From: Eledone cirrhosa
Taxonomy: Eukaryota
DNA length: 64,000 nt
Assembly: GCA_964016885.1 (NCBI GenBank)
Contig: OZ024741.1
Span: 272,180,001 to 272,244,000 of the forward strand
Direction: 5' to 3'
The position numbers were made by a program, and so were the translations under genes. Positions 1 to 12,459 of this stretch are shown piece by piece (position 1 is the stretch's first letter; each line of letters opens with the position of its first letter). The notes below the pieces were generated by a model that did not search any database, was not told where the DNA came from, and saw only the letters and a program-made list of their open reading frames with translations.

Positions 1-61
1 TAAGTGTCTTCACCCTATTTTATAGCATCTCTGCATATAATCACATTATTCTTTATATTAA

Positions 62-659
62 CCCTTTAAACTGGCTATATCTGACCAGAATTCTCTCGCC
101 TCTTTCTGTTCAAACCGGCTATAAATGGCTGCTTATACTTATGTTAAGGTATTGCTCTCAAAATAAGTAACATCAAAATCTCATAGGTTCAATATTATGT
201 GAGATAATTATGTGAGGTAAAGCCTTTACCATGAAAATACAACAGTAAATATAGATAATTGTTTCTACTTTTGGCACAAGGCCAGCAATTACCCAGTTCA
301 TTACTGGTACTTTATTTTATCGACCTGGTAAGGATGAAAGGCAAAGTTAACTTCGACGGGATTTGAACACAGACTGTAAAGGGACGTAACTATGCTGGAA
401 AGCATGGCGTCTGACCCTCTACCGATACTGCCAATTCACCACAATATAGATAATTGTTTCTACATTTGGCACAAGGCCAGCAATTACCCAGTACGTTACT
501 GGTACTTTATTTTATCGACCCCGTAAGGATGAAAGGCAAAGTTAACCTCGGCAGGATTTGAACTCAGATCGTAAGGCGACGTAACTATGCTGGAAAGCAT
601 GTCCGACCCTCTACCGATACTGCCAATTCACCACAATATAGATAATAAATGCTAAAGGG
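62..659. mobile_element. piggyBac-like MITE (TTAA|CCCTTTA...TAAAGGG|TTAA) carrying two nested SINE copies
   Basis: TTAA at 58-61 and 660-663 flank short CCCTTTA/TAAAGGG termini. Confidence 0.55.
255..632 (-). mobile_element. Two head-to-tail copies of tRNA-derived SINE family A
   Basis: Reverse complement of the 9470-9680 element. The motif aatatagataat recurs at about 248, 442 and 634. Confidence 0.85.
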
Positions 660-766
660 TTAAATTTATCTTCTCTCAATGCTTTGTAAGAGTCTGAGAG
701 ATAAGCTATGAATATACAATGTTTCTTTATTTATGTTTATATTTTCTATTCACTGTATATTTTCAG

Positions 767-947
767 TTGTTTGTTGTGTTGGTTCTGATCGTTGGAGGCT
801 TTCTGCTGTGTCTTCTCACTGGGATTCTCACTGCTACTCAGATTCTGAAACCAATAACATCTATCTCCTATTGTGTCTACAACACTGAATCAACGTTGTG
901 TGAATGTTTCAGTCGTGTACAGCAATCAGTGGAAAATTCCAAAAGTA
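767..947 (+). CDS. Gene 1 internal exon: TM helix plus start of Cys-rich loop (CD20-like / ENTREP(FAM189) / sarcospan-type tetraspan candidate); upstream exons lie outside the window
   Basis: ttttcag acceptor at 765-766 and GTAAGT donor at 948. Encodes LFVVLVLIVGGFLLCLLTGILTATQILKP...YCVYNTESTLCECF. Phase 1 end matches the next exon. The family call is recalled motif resemblance only. Confidence 0.8.
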
Positions 948-1169
948 GTAAGTACTTTTTATGTGATCCTTTGTGTGTCTGTCTCTTTCTGTCTCTATGG
1001 TGTGTGTGTGTGTGTGTCTGTATGTATGTTTGTCTGCCTGTGTGTCTTTGTGTCTCTGTGTGTGTCTTTGTGTCTGTGTGTGTGTCTCTGTCTGTGTGTG
1101 TGTCTCTGTCTGTGTGTGTTTGATGTATGAATATTAAAACTCTTTGCCAACTATATCAAGCATTAAATT

Positions 1170-2830
1170 ACCATTTCATTGTATTGTTTTCCAAGCTGTC
1201 AACCACTTCTAGGGATCCTTCCTGGGGTTGGGAAAGGTGTGTGTCACTGACCCTTTTACTGTCAATTATCCCTGTACACCTATTATATACAAAGTCTTCC
1301 TTTCCTGTTAATCTGCCTGCTAACCCAGATTGTATTGTGTACATCATATACTCCTTTTCTACATATCAAACAAGGCCACAGTCCTGTTAGGATCAGACTC
1401 CTGTGTCTTTCCTGCTTACTAAAACTTTAGATTTTGCTAAGTTTACTTTCAGCCCTTTTGAGTCTATAAGTTCTGTTTCCACAGACAGAATTTATTCTCT
1501 GGTTCTTACACAGATTCAGCTGCATATAAAAGTTCCCATGGACAGCCTTAAACTCCTCTGTTATAGCCCAGAGGACTATGATAAACAGGAGTGCACTGAG
1601 AACAGAATCCTGATGCACACCTAAGTGTACCTTGAATTCCTCACTAAACTCACTTTATTGACAGCTCCTCTGTACATAGCTTGCACTGCTGTCACAAGCC
1701 ATTCTTCTACAACTAATTTCCTTAAGGACCATTAGATAATAGATCAAGGTACTCTACCAAAGGCCTTTTCTAGATCAACAAAAGCTAAATATAGGAATTT
1801 ATTCTTGGTTAGGTACTTCTCTTGTAGTTGTCCAACTAAAAAGAGGGCATCTGTAGTACTTTTCCCATGTATGAAACCAAACTGCATCTCATCTAATTTG
1901 ACTCTTTCCCTAAGTATTTGTGCTATAATTCTTTCTGTCACTTTCATAACTTGGTTCATTAGTTTTATTCTTCTGTAGTTGCTACTTTCTAGAGCATTAC
2001 CTTTTCCCTTGTAGCAATTAATAAGTATACTGCTGTTCAAGTCATTGGATATGACTATGTCTTGTATTACCTGATTGACTGTGAGGGTTACTAGTTCAGT
2101 TCCTACTTCCCTAGATGTTTTCAGTGTCTCAGCAAATATCTCTGATGGTCTAGTGTCTTTACTATTTTCAATCTCCTTGATTGCTTCTTTGACTCCATAA
2201 CTGTCATTTTCAATAGCTGGTCTTTCTGTTGGTTTAGTTGGAAGTAGTTTCTCTTCCTCCCATTCATTCACTACATTCATCAGTCTCTCATAGTAGTATT
2301 TCCAGGCCTCTTTCTTTTGAGCAACAGTGATGCTAAGTACACAAATGTTATTTCAAATACACTTTTCCCCAACAACATCCTGTTTCACACTGATACACTG
2401 CCTTGAGAGATGGAACACCTCACGCTCTGATCTTCACATTGCAAAAGATTTTCAAACTTCCTTCTTCTAGTCTTTTTGCATGCTCTGTATACCTGTCATC
2501 TAGCTTCTCTCTTTGCTACCTGGTAGTGGTCTCTGCTACTGTCATTTTTCCAGTCTTTCCACTCCTGTCTCTTGGCCTTAATTGCTTTATCCACTGTGTT
2601 GTACCATCACCAGGTCACCCTCAGTTGGACTGGTGCTTGTCTCCAGCTACAAGTCTCATCAGTAGTCTGTAGTTGGTTGTCACATAGAAACTTCCAATTG
2701 TCCTCTATGTCATATGTATCTAACTCAACTCTCTCTCTTTATATTGCATCACATAAAGTCTTCTTGAACCAATATTAAATCTCCTCCCACACCCGATTTT
2801 CCTGCATTCCTTGTTCTGTCTTGTGCTTAT
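1170..2830 (-). mobile_element. Degenerate RTE-clade LINE fragment (RT domain)
   Basis: ORF 1744-2280 contains CYKGKG...NYR.IKL...QFGF..GKSTTDA...FVDLEKAF; stops and frameshifts around it. Confidence 0.9.
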
Positions 2831-2954
2831 CCTGATGTCACTAACCCATAACTTATTATACATCTACCAACAGGGCCGGATATATTGGGGAGCAGAGGGG
2901 TGCATCTCTTGGGCACTCCATGTCAAACAGGGATTCCCTTTAGGAACAGCCCTG

Positions 2955-3160
2955 TATGCATGTGTGTCCATGTAAGTGTATACATGCATATGTGTGGTAT
3001 GCATATGTGTATGTATGCATATGTGTATGTATGCATATGTATATGTATGCATATGTGTATGTGTGCATATGTGTATGTGTGCATATGTGTGTCTACATAT
3101 GTGTATGTATGCACATGTGTATATATGCACATATGTATATATGCATATGTGTGTGTATAA
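2955..3160. repeat. TG/TA-type compound microsatellite
   Basis: Reiterated tgcatatgtgtatgta-like units. Confidence 0.9.
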
Positions 3161-3264
3161 ATGAGAAAAATTGTTGTATTGAATATCATTTGCCCTTCAG
3201 TGTCTATATAGTTACTGGGAAGAGAACTTTCAGAAAAATGTCAAAATTTAAAGATATAATGGTT

Positions 3265-3960
3265 TGATGGTGGTGGTGGTGGTGGTGTGGTGGTGAATTC
3301 GGGGCAGGGTTGGGGGATAGTTATGCTGGTAGTAGTGGTGGTGATGAAATATGCATTACAAATGGTGGTCGGGTGATAGTTATGGTGTTGGTGGTGGTGA
3401 AATCTTCATTACAATTGGTGGTGCGGTATTGGAGGTGGTGGTGAAGTGAAGTATCCATTACAAGTGGTGACGTGGGGGTGGAGTATTGATGTTGTAACTG
3501 AGAGGCGGTGAGTTTCCTCTGTGTGGATCTGGGGATGTTTTGGTGGTGGCGGTAGTAGTGATGTGAGGTGGTGGCGGTGGTTGTGGTGATGGTGATGATG
3601 ATGGTTGTGGTAATGATGATGGTTGTGGTGGTGGTGATGGCTTTGATGGTGTTGGTTGTGGTGGTGGAGGTGGTGATGGTGGTTGTGGTGTTGGTTGTGG
3701 TGGTGAGTGAACTATTCTACTACTATAATGGTGGTCACTTATTTTACTCCTGTACTACTATTACAACTATCACCACCACCCCCGCCACAACAATCACCAT
3801 CGCCGCCACCAACAACGCCACTATCAATACTATTACACCACCATCATTTGAAAAATGTGTCACCACCATCATTATCCCAACTACTATCACTACTACTACC
3901 ACTGTCATCAACACACCCACCACCCCAAACATCACCACAATCACTATCATCACTCCTGTC
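3265..3960. repeat. (GGT)n-rich tract followed by a (CAC/ACT)n-rich tract
   Basis: Composition flips strand near 3715. Confidence 0.85.
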
Positions 3961-4719
3961 ATTCACATCAGGTCATTGCTCTCACATCCTTTCAATTGCT
4001 CTCCCTTCCCCCAACCCTGGGGCAGCAAGGAAGTGGTTTTAATCCAATTGCAGAGAGGGGTGGGGGTGATTTTTTTAATTTTTTTTATCTGACACAATAT
4101 GAAGGGCATTTGTTTTAGTGGTAACCCTGTTAAACTTGTGATTGAACAAAACACTTCATTTCATGTTACTCTAGTCTACTCAGCTAAACATACTTACCAC
4201 TACCTACAGCAGCAGTAGCTGGGGATTAACTCTGCAGTGGACTGGTGTCCTGTCCAGGAGAAGTCTTGTACTCTCAGTCATTTAACACCAAGGAGACCGG
4301 AATAAGTTCTAGATTTAATGCTGCAATGGACTGATGTCCTGTCCAGGGAAGGTCTTGTACTTTCAGTCACTTAACACTAAGGAAACTGGGATAAACACCA
4401 ACCTGATGACCCACCTAGCTTGGGACAGACTTTAACTTTTTAGCAAATACTTTAATAATTAGGAAGAGTCAAAAGGATTCTTCAGTTGTGTGAAGGGCAC
4501 GACAACCTCTCTGGTGTTGGTAACACGTTAAAATGCTCCTACTACACTCTGTACATTGAAAACTTGCTAAATGTCAAAGGCATGACAACCTCCCTAGTGC
4601 CGGTGCCACCGAGGTTAACTTTGCCTTTCTTCCTTATAAGGTCGATAAAATAAAGATTATTATTATTATATCTACAAACTTCAAAAAGCCCGACGACCAT
4701 CACAGGAATGTACCTCCCA

Positions 4720-7130
4720 ACATAACTTAGTTGTCAGCGACCTTACTGTCAACATTAGACGAACTTGGAAACAGAAGGTAACCTGGAGAAGAAAGATCTT
4801 GAAGCTGAAAGACCCCTCTGTCAGTACCAGATTTAAAGATATTCTACTCGACGCCTATGACAGTAAAGAAGAACAGATAGAGACATTCAATGTAGAAAAG
4901 CACTGGGAGTACCTAAAAAATAACTTACTAAAGGCGACGGACGAGATCTGTGGTTGGAGCAAGTCCACAGGGAGGAGGAGAGTGACTTGGTGGTGGAACA
5001 ATAAGGTAGATGAGCAGTTAAGGCTAAGAGACAGGCATGGAAAGAATGGAAGAATGGGGGTAGCAGGGTTCATGACATATATACCAGGAGGGAAGCTAGG
5101 TGACAAGTATACTTAGCTAGAAGGGAAGCAGCGGATAGAAAATTCAAGCATGTTTTGCAACGTGAGGACCAGAAACAGGAGGTGTTCAAGATTGCGAGGC
5201 AGTGTGTCAGAGAGAATTGTGATGTCATTGGAGAGAAGTGTATTCAGAATGATAATGGTGAGCTTGCCCTCACAAGTGCCGAGAAGAAAGCTGCGTGGAA
5301 GAGTCATTATGAAAGATTACTAAACGAGGAGAATGCATGGGAAAAAGAGACCCTACCCCAAGTGGACCCTATAGAGGGGCCAGCAGTACAAGTCAGCGGC
5401 AACGTAGTAAGGCAATCAAAGATATGAAGACCCAGTCCATCGGGTATAGCTGCCGAGATGCTGAAGGCATCTGGGTTGGTAGGTCACACCATAACCACAC
5501 AAATTGTTAACCAGGTAATACTAGAGGGTATCATACCAAAGGATTGGTGCAACAGCATCATTGTCAACTGTTACAAAGGTAAAGGTGATGCATTAGATAG
5601 AGGAAACTATAGAGGTATAAAGCTGATGGACCAGTTCATGAAAGTAATGGAAAGAGTTATAGCACAGTTGATTAGGGACCAGGTGAAACTAGATAAGATA
5701 CAATTTGGGTTTGTACCAGGAAAAGGCACCACTGATGCCCTCTTCCATGTATAGAGGAGCAGTCAGCAAAGTTAGGGTTAGCAATGACTATAGCGAGGAA
5801 TTTAACATACAGGCTGGTGTCCACCAGGGCTCTATTCTTAGCCTTCTCTTGTTCATTATAGTTTTCAGGCAATAACGGAGGAGTTTAAGACTGGATGCCC
5901 ATGAGAACTTCTGTATGCGGATGATCTCGCACTTATAGCTGAATCCATGGTGGAACTAGAGAAGAAATTCCAAACATGAAAGCAGGGACTAGAAAGAAAG
6001 GGTCTCAAAGTCAACCTGACAAAGACTAAGGTTCTTGTAAGTAGACGAGAAAACAGAACCCAGATCCTCTCAGGGAAATGGCCTTGCTTAGTATGTATGA
6101 AAGGTGTAGGTAGGAACTCCATCCTCTGCCCCAAATGCAAACAATGGGTACACAAGAGATGTAGTGGGATCTCAGGAAGTTTAATTAAAAATGTAGGCTT
6201 CATATGTAGCAGCTGCGCTGGGACAGCAAGCAGCAAACGACCACAGAAAACAAGCACCACCAAACTCTGGGAGGCCTCTGTAGAAACAGTAGACAGCTTC
6301 TGCTATCTAGGTGACCGAATTAGCAGCAGAGGTGGGTGTTCGGAAAGTACAATAACTAGGGTAAGAACGGGATGGAAGAAGTTCAGGGAGCTACTGCCAC
6401 TGTTAGCTGCAAACGGCTTTTCCCACAAAATGAAAGGCAGACTGTATGATGCATGTATACGAAAAGCAATGTTACATGGTAGTGAAACCTGGGCACTGTC
6501 TGTAGAAGACTTGTGCAGATTAGAAAGAAACGAAGCTTGCATGCTCCGATGGATGTGTAATAGTAATATACGTGAATGGCAAAGCATAAATGAATTGAGA
6601 GAGACTGAGCATAAGAAGAATCAAATGCTGTGTGCAGGAGAGGAGGTTACATTGGTATGGACTTGTGATGCGTATGAAGGATGACAGCTGCATAAAAAGG
6701 TGCAGAGCACTAGAAGTCGATGGAAGCTGCAGAGTGGGGAGACCCAAGAAAACCTGGGATGAGGTGATAAAAGCCGACCTTACCCAATTGCACCTCTCAA
6801 GGGCAATGTCATACGACCGTGACCTCTGGCATCACACAGTAATACAGGAGACCCGACTTCCCACGGGAACAAGCCGAAGCTGAAGTATATAGACAATATG
6901 CCCCCACCCCTCCCACTGCAAAGTGGTCGTGGAGGTGCCACAGAAAAAAAAGCACCCAGCACTCACTGTAAATGAGGTTGGTGTTAGGAAGGGCGTCCAG
7001 CTGTAGAAATCAAGCCAAAATCAGTTCCAGTATGAGCAAGACAAGGTCAGCTGACCGGACACTACCCACAACAGGACAACCCGTCTAACCCATGCTAGCG
7101 TGGAAGAATGGACGTAAAACGGTGATGATA
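4720..7130 (+). mobile_element. 5'-truncated, internally deleted RTE LINE with RT, PHD-like insert, C-terminus and 3' UTR ending in (GAT)n
   Basis: QFGFVPGKGTTDA, YADD codons near 5914, HGSETW and GRPKKTW motifs, multiple stops. Confidence 0.92.
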
Positions 7131-7224
7131 TCGATAAAAGAAAATACTAGTTATGCACTGGGGTAATTGCTGGCCTTGTGCCAAAAGTAGAAACCATTAT
7201 TATTATTATATCATCATTGTGGCA

Positions 7225-7720
7225 GAGGATTGGTAGTAATCAGTAGAGCATCAGTCAACATGCTTTGCATCATTTAGTTACATCCCTTTAGGTTAGAACG
7301 TCGGATAGAATGCTTTGCGGTATTCATTCCACCTCTCTGTTCTCTGAGTTTGAATCCTGCCCAGGTTAGCTTTACCTATCCTTAACAAGCTTGATAAAAT
7401 GAAGTACCAGTAATGGACTGGGGTCGATTTGATCACTTCCCACCAAAAGAATTGTTGGCCTTATACTTAAAACAGAAACCATTATTATATCATCAATGTA
7501 GCAGAGGATTGGCAGTTATCAGTAGAGCGTCAGTCAACATGCTTTGCAGCATGTAGTTATGTCCCTTTACAATCTGAGTTCAAATCCTTCCGAGGTTAAC
7601 TTTGCCTTTTATCCTTACGGGGGTCGATAAAATAAAGTACCAGTGACACACTGGAGTTGAGTTAATCGACTCTGCCCTCCCCCAAGGTTGCTGGCCTTGT
7701 GCCTAAATCAGAAACCATAT
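7225..7720 (+). mobile_element. SINE family A copies (diverged)
   Basis: gagttcaaatcc B-box and the ttgccttttatccttacggggtcgataaaataaagtaccag core. Confidence 0.75.
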
Positions 7721-7746
7721 CATCATCAATATTGTTGTTGTTTCAG

Positions 7747-8030
7747 AATTTATCTGCCTGTCATTCCATGGAGTTGACAACTACTTGTGTATTAGGCCCT
7801 CCTTACCAAACATTCTGTATGTTCTCTACATTACTGTTTTAGAATTTATCTGCCTGTCATTCCATGGAGTTGACAACTACTTGTGTATTAGGCCCTCCTT
7901 ACCAAACATTCTGTATGTTCTCTATATTGCTGTTTCAGAATTTATCCGCCTGTTGTTCCATGGAGTTAGTGTTGACAACTGCCCGCTGTCCTTTAGGTCT
8001 TCCCTAACAAAGATGCTGTATGTCCTCATT
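7747..8030 (+). repeat. Three tandem 96-bp units spanning the intron/exon junction of gene 1
   Basis: The motif tttYagAATTTATC occurs with exon-side starts at 7747, 7843 and 7939. Confidence 0.9.
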
Positions 8031-8129
8031 GCCATCAACCTGATTGTCACGTTCATCTGTGTCATCTCCTTCTTCATCACTTACCGAGTTTATCGCATGA
8101 AGAAGAAAAAAGATGACGATCGCTGGGAG
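7939..8129 (+). CDS. Gene 1 exon: end of loop (FHGVSVDNC), TM helix and basic stop-transfer RMKKKK; alternative in-frame acceptors give starts at 7747 and 7843
   Basis: tgtttcag acceptor, GTGAGT donor at 8130, phase 1 in and phase 0 out. Hydrophobic segment MLYVLIAINLIVTFICVISFFITY. Confidence 0.8.
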
Positions 8130-8399
8130 GTGAGTAATACAAATAATGCATGCTGGCTAGTCACTACTTTTGTTGTTTAGTGTTGGTGGTGATGGTGGTG
8201 GTAGTGGTTGTTGTTTAGTGGTAGTGGTGGTGGTGGGGTATTGTTTAGTAGTGGTGGTGATAGCAGTGGTTGTTGTTTGGTGGTGGTGGTTGAATGGGGT
8301 GGTAGTGTGGGGGGGGGGGTTAAATCCTCACCTACCAGTCCCAAACTTGGACTCTGACCAAAGCTGTGGAATGGACAACTCACAACATTTTGAGTGAGA

Positions 8400-8880
8400 T
8401 ATCTGTGGCAAAAATTTTCCATCATAATTTTATGTAAGAACCTTTGTTAAGTTATGTTCCAAACCACCTGAAACCATCCCTGGTTTTATAATACAAAACT
8501 ACTTATATTTATCTAAAAACTTTCCATTATAATTTTATGTAAGAACCTTAGTTAAGTTATGTTCCAACCCACCTGAAATTGGGCCAGGTTCTATGATACA
8601 AAACTGTTTATTTCAAACTGTTTAGATTTATCAAAAAACTTTCCACCATAATTTTATGTAAGAACCTTTTTTAAGTTATGTTCCAAATACCAACTTAATA
8701 TTGAAGAAGATATATTACTAAATCCTTCCAAATTCTCAATTATTTTCAAAATTATTTAAATCATAGGAGGTGCCTTCCATTTGAAAGTGTTCAAGCTTAT
8801 TTAAATATTTTCCATCATAATTTTACGTAAGAACCTTTGTTAAGTTGTTCCAAGCACCAGCTTAATATTGAGAAAGTTAG
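8400..8880. repeat. About four imperfect tandem copies of a 105-170 bp AT-rich unit
   Basis: ttccatcataattttatgtaagaacctttgttaagttatgttcca recurs at about 8417, 8522, 8641 and 8809. Confidence 0.8.
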
Positions 8881-8974
8881 TTATATAATCCCTGTTTTAT
8901 GGTGCTTATTGTATTCTATGTGCAAACCTATGTGGCTAATAAAAAAATCATCATTATTAATATTATTATTATGG

Positions 8975-9840
8975 ACATCCTTACGAGGTCGATAAAATAA
9001 AGTACCAGTAATGCACTGGGTTATTGCTGGCCTTGTGCCTAAAGTAGAAACAATTATTATTATGGACACCTTGCTTTGTGGCATAGAGTTACGACCCTTT
9101 ACATTTTGAGTTCAAATCCTGCCGAGGTTAACTTTGCTTTTCATCCTTACAGGGTCGATAAAATATAGTACCAATCATGCACTGGGGTCTATTTAATAGA
9201 CTTTCCCCTCCCCCCAAAATTTTCTGGCCTTGTGCCTAAATCAGAAACCATTATTATTATTATTATGGACTCCCTGGTTTGTGGCATAGAGTTACGGCCC
9301 TTTATAATCTGAGTTCAAATCCCGCCAAGGTCAACTTTGCCTTTCATCCTTACGGGGTTGATAAAATAAAGTACCAGCCACGCACTGGGGTCGATTTAAT
9401 CGATTTTTCCTTTCCGCAAAATTGCTGGCCTTGTGCCTATATAAGAAACCATTATTATTATTATTAGGGCGGGGGATTGGCAGTATCGGTAGAGGGTCGG
9501 ACGCCATGCTTTCCAGCATAGTTACGTCCCTTTACGGTCTGAGTTCAAATCCCGCCGAGGTTAACTTTGCCTTTCATCCTTATGGGGTCGATAAAATAAA
9601 GTACCAGTAATACACTGAGATAATTGCTGGCCTTGTGCCAAAAGTAGAAACAATTATTATTATTATTATTATTATTATTATGGACACCTTGCTTTGTGGC
9701 ATAAAGTTACACCCCTTTACATTCTGAGTTCAAATCCCACTGAGGTTAACTTTGTCTTTCTTTCATCCTTGCGGAGTCGATTTAATCAACTTTCTCCTCC
9801 CCCCAAAAAAATTGCTGGCCTAAAGTAGAAATCATTATTA
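8975..9840 (+). mobile_element. Cluster of about five head-to-tail SINE family A copies; best full copy 9470-9680 with an (ATT)n tail
   Basis: A-box-like TGGCAGTATCGG, B-box GTTCAAATCC, conserved core and an ATT microsatellite tail. Confidence 0.9.
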
Positions 9841-9867
9841 ATAATATCATAATAATTGTTTATACAG

Positions 9868-10355
9868 GAAGAGATCTGTGAACATGATGACATGCAGTAC
9901 CATAACTCCGCTGATTACTACCTTCCCTCTCGCTGTCATGACAGTTATAACCAGGGACCACCAAGTCCCGGCAGTCCTGTTCCACTTCTTGAGACTGTCT
10001 ACCCCAGGGGTCTGTCAAGAGTGATGAAGAGCTCAATGTTGAGGGACTGGTTCCCCGACTTTGTCCGTAAGGACAAGTTGCGTCACTTAAAACGTAGCCA
10101 AAGTTTCAGTCATCGTAGCCGAAACAACGTTACTGACAGCAGCAATGAGGTGTTTGACGACAGCGTTTCTGCTGAAACAAGGACTCTTGACAGGGGTCAC
10201 CACGCCACAAGGACTGGTCACCCGCCTCGTAGGACACTCAGTGAGACAATGAGGCCTGCAAGCACCGGAACACCGGAGAGCATCCGAACTAACCATAAGT
10301 TGAGCAAGCAAGAACGTCGACAAAGGACTATGACAATGGATAATTTAGACAACAG
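9868..10355 (+). CDS. Gene 1 exon, cytoplasmic tail (EEICEHDDMQY...MDNLDN)
   Basis: tatacag acceptor, AG/gtattg donor at 10356, open frame. Phases 0 and 2 match the flanking exons. Confidence 0.85.
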
Positions 10356-10394
10356 GTATTGTGTATATATTACTTACAAATGTTGTCATTACTA

Positions 10395-12425
10395 TGGTTA
10401 TATGTGGTTAATACTGTAGTTGTATGTGGTTAATATTGTATTTGTATGTGGTTAATACTGAAGTTGTATGTGGTTAATACTGTAGTTGTATGTGGTTAAT
10501 ATTGTATTTGTATGTGGTTAATACTGTATTTGTGTGTGGTTAATACTGAAGTTGTATGTGGTTAATACTGTAGTTGTATGTGGTTAATACTGCAATTGTA
10601 TGTGGTTAATACTGTAATTGTATGTGGTTAATACTGTAGTTGTATGTGGTTAATATTGTAGTTATATGTGGTTAATATTGTAGTTGTATGTGGTTAATAT
10701 TGTAGTTGTATGTGGTTAATACTGTAGTTGTATGTGGTTAATACTGAAGTTGTATGTGGTTAATATTGTATTTGTATGTGGTTAATATTGTAGTTGTGTG
10801 TGGTTAATATTGTAGTTGTATGTGGTTAATATTGTAGTTATATGTGGTTAATACTGTAGTTGTATGTGGTTAATACTGTAGTTGTATGTGGTTAATACTG
10901 AAGTTGTATGTGGTTAATATTGTATTTGTATGTGGTTAATACTGAAGTTGTATGTGGTTAATATTGTAGTTGTATGCGGTTAATACTGTAGTTGTATGTG
11001 GTTAATACTGTAGTTGTATGTGGTTAATATTGTAGTTGTATGTGGTTAATACTGTAGTTGTATGTGGTTAATACTGTAGTTGTATGTGGTTAATACTGTA
11101 GTTGTATGTGGTTAATACTGAAGTTGTATGTGGTTAATATTGTATTTGTATGTGGTTAATATTGTAGTTGTATGTGGTTAATACTGAAGTTGTATGTGGT
11201 TAATACTGTAGTTGTATGTGGTTAATATTGTATTTGTATGTGGTTAATACTGTAGTTATATGTGTTTAATACTGAAGTTGTATGTGGTTAATACTGAAGT
11301 TGTATGTGGTTAATACTGTAGTTGTATGTGGTTAATATTGTATTTGTAGTTACTGTAGTTGTATGTGGTTAATATTGTAGTTGTATGTGGTTAATATTGT
11401 AGTTGTGTGTGGTTAATACTGTAGTTATATGTGGTTAATACTGTAGTTGTATGTGGCTAATACTGAAGTTGTATGTGGTTAATATTGTATTTGTATGTGG
11501 TTAATATTGTAGTTGTATGTGGTTAATACTGAAGTTGTATGTGGTTAATACTGTAGTTGTATGTGGTTAATACTGTATCTGTATGTGGTTAATACTGAAG
11601 TTGTATGTGGTTAATACTGTAGTTGTATGTGGTTAATATTGTATTTGTAGTTACTGTAGTTGTATGTGGTTAATATTGTAGTTGTATGTGGTTAATATTG
11701 TAGTTGTGTGTGGTTAATACTGTAGTTATATGTGGTTAATATTGTATTTGTATGTGGTTAATACTGAAGTTGTATGTGGTTAATACTGTAGTTGTATGTG
11801 GTTAATACTGAAGTAGTATGTGGTTAATACTGAAGTTGTATGTGGCTAATACTGAAGTTGTATGTGGTTAATACTGTAGTTATATGTGGTTACTATTGTA
11901 GTTGTATGTGGTTAATATTGTAGTTGTGTGTGGTTAATATTGTAGTTGTGTGTGGTTAATACTGTAGTTGTATGTGGTTAATATTGTAGTTATATGTGGT
12001 TAATATTGTAGTTGTATGTGGTTAATATTGTAGTTGTATGTGGTTAATATTGTAGTTGTATGTGGTTAATACTGTAGTTGTATGTGGTTAATACTGTAGT
12101 TGTATGTGGTTAATACTGTAGTTGTATGTGGTTAATACTGTAGTTGTATGTGGTTAATACTGAAGTTGTATGTGGTTAATACTGTAATTGTATGTGGTTA
12201 ATACTGAAGTTGTATGTGGTTAATACTGTAGTTGTATGTGGTTAATATTGTAGTTGTATGTGGTTAATACTGTAGTTGTATGTGGTTAATACTGTAGTTG
12301 TATGTGGTTAATACTGTAGTTGTATGTGGTTAATACTGTAGTTGTATGTGGTTAATACTGTAGTTGTATGTGGTTAATACTGTAGTTGTATGTGGTTAAT
12401 ACTGAAGTTGCTGTGGTTACTGTAG
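10395..12425. repeat. 22-bp minisatellite (gttgtatgtggttaatactgta)n, about 90 copies, in a gene 1 intron
   Basis: Direct 22-bp periodicity. Confidence 0.97.
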
Positions 12426-12459
12426 ATCATGTTGATGATGATGATAATGATGATGATTA

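Noticed and set aside
9470-9560. tRNA genes at A/B-box motifs (also 42481-42550)
   Set aside because: No full cloverleaf could be formed, and the motifs are heads of multi-copy SINEs.
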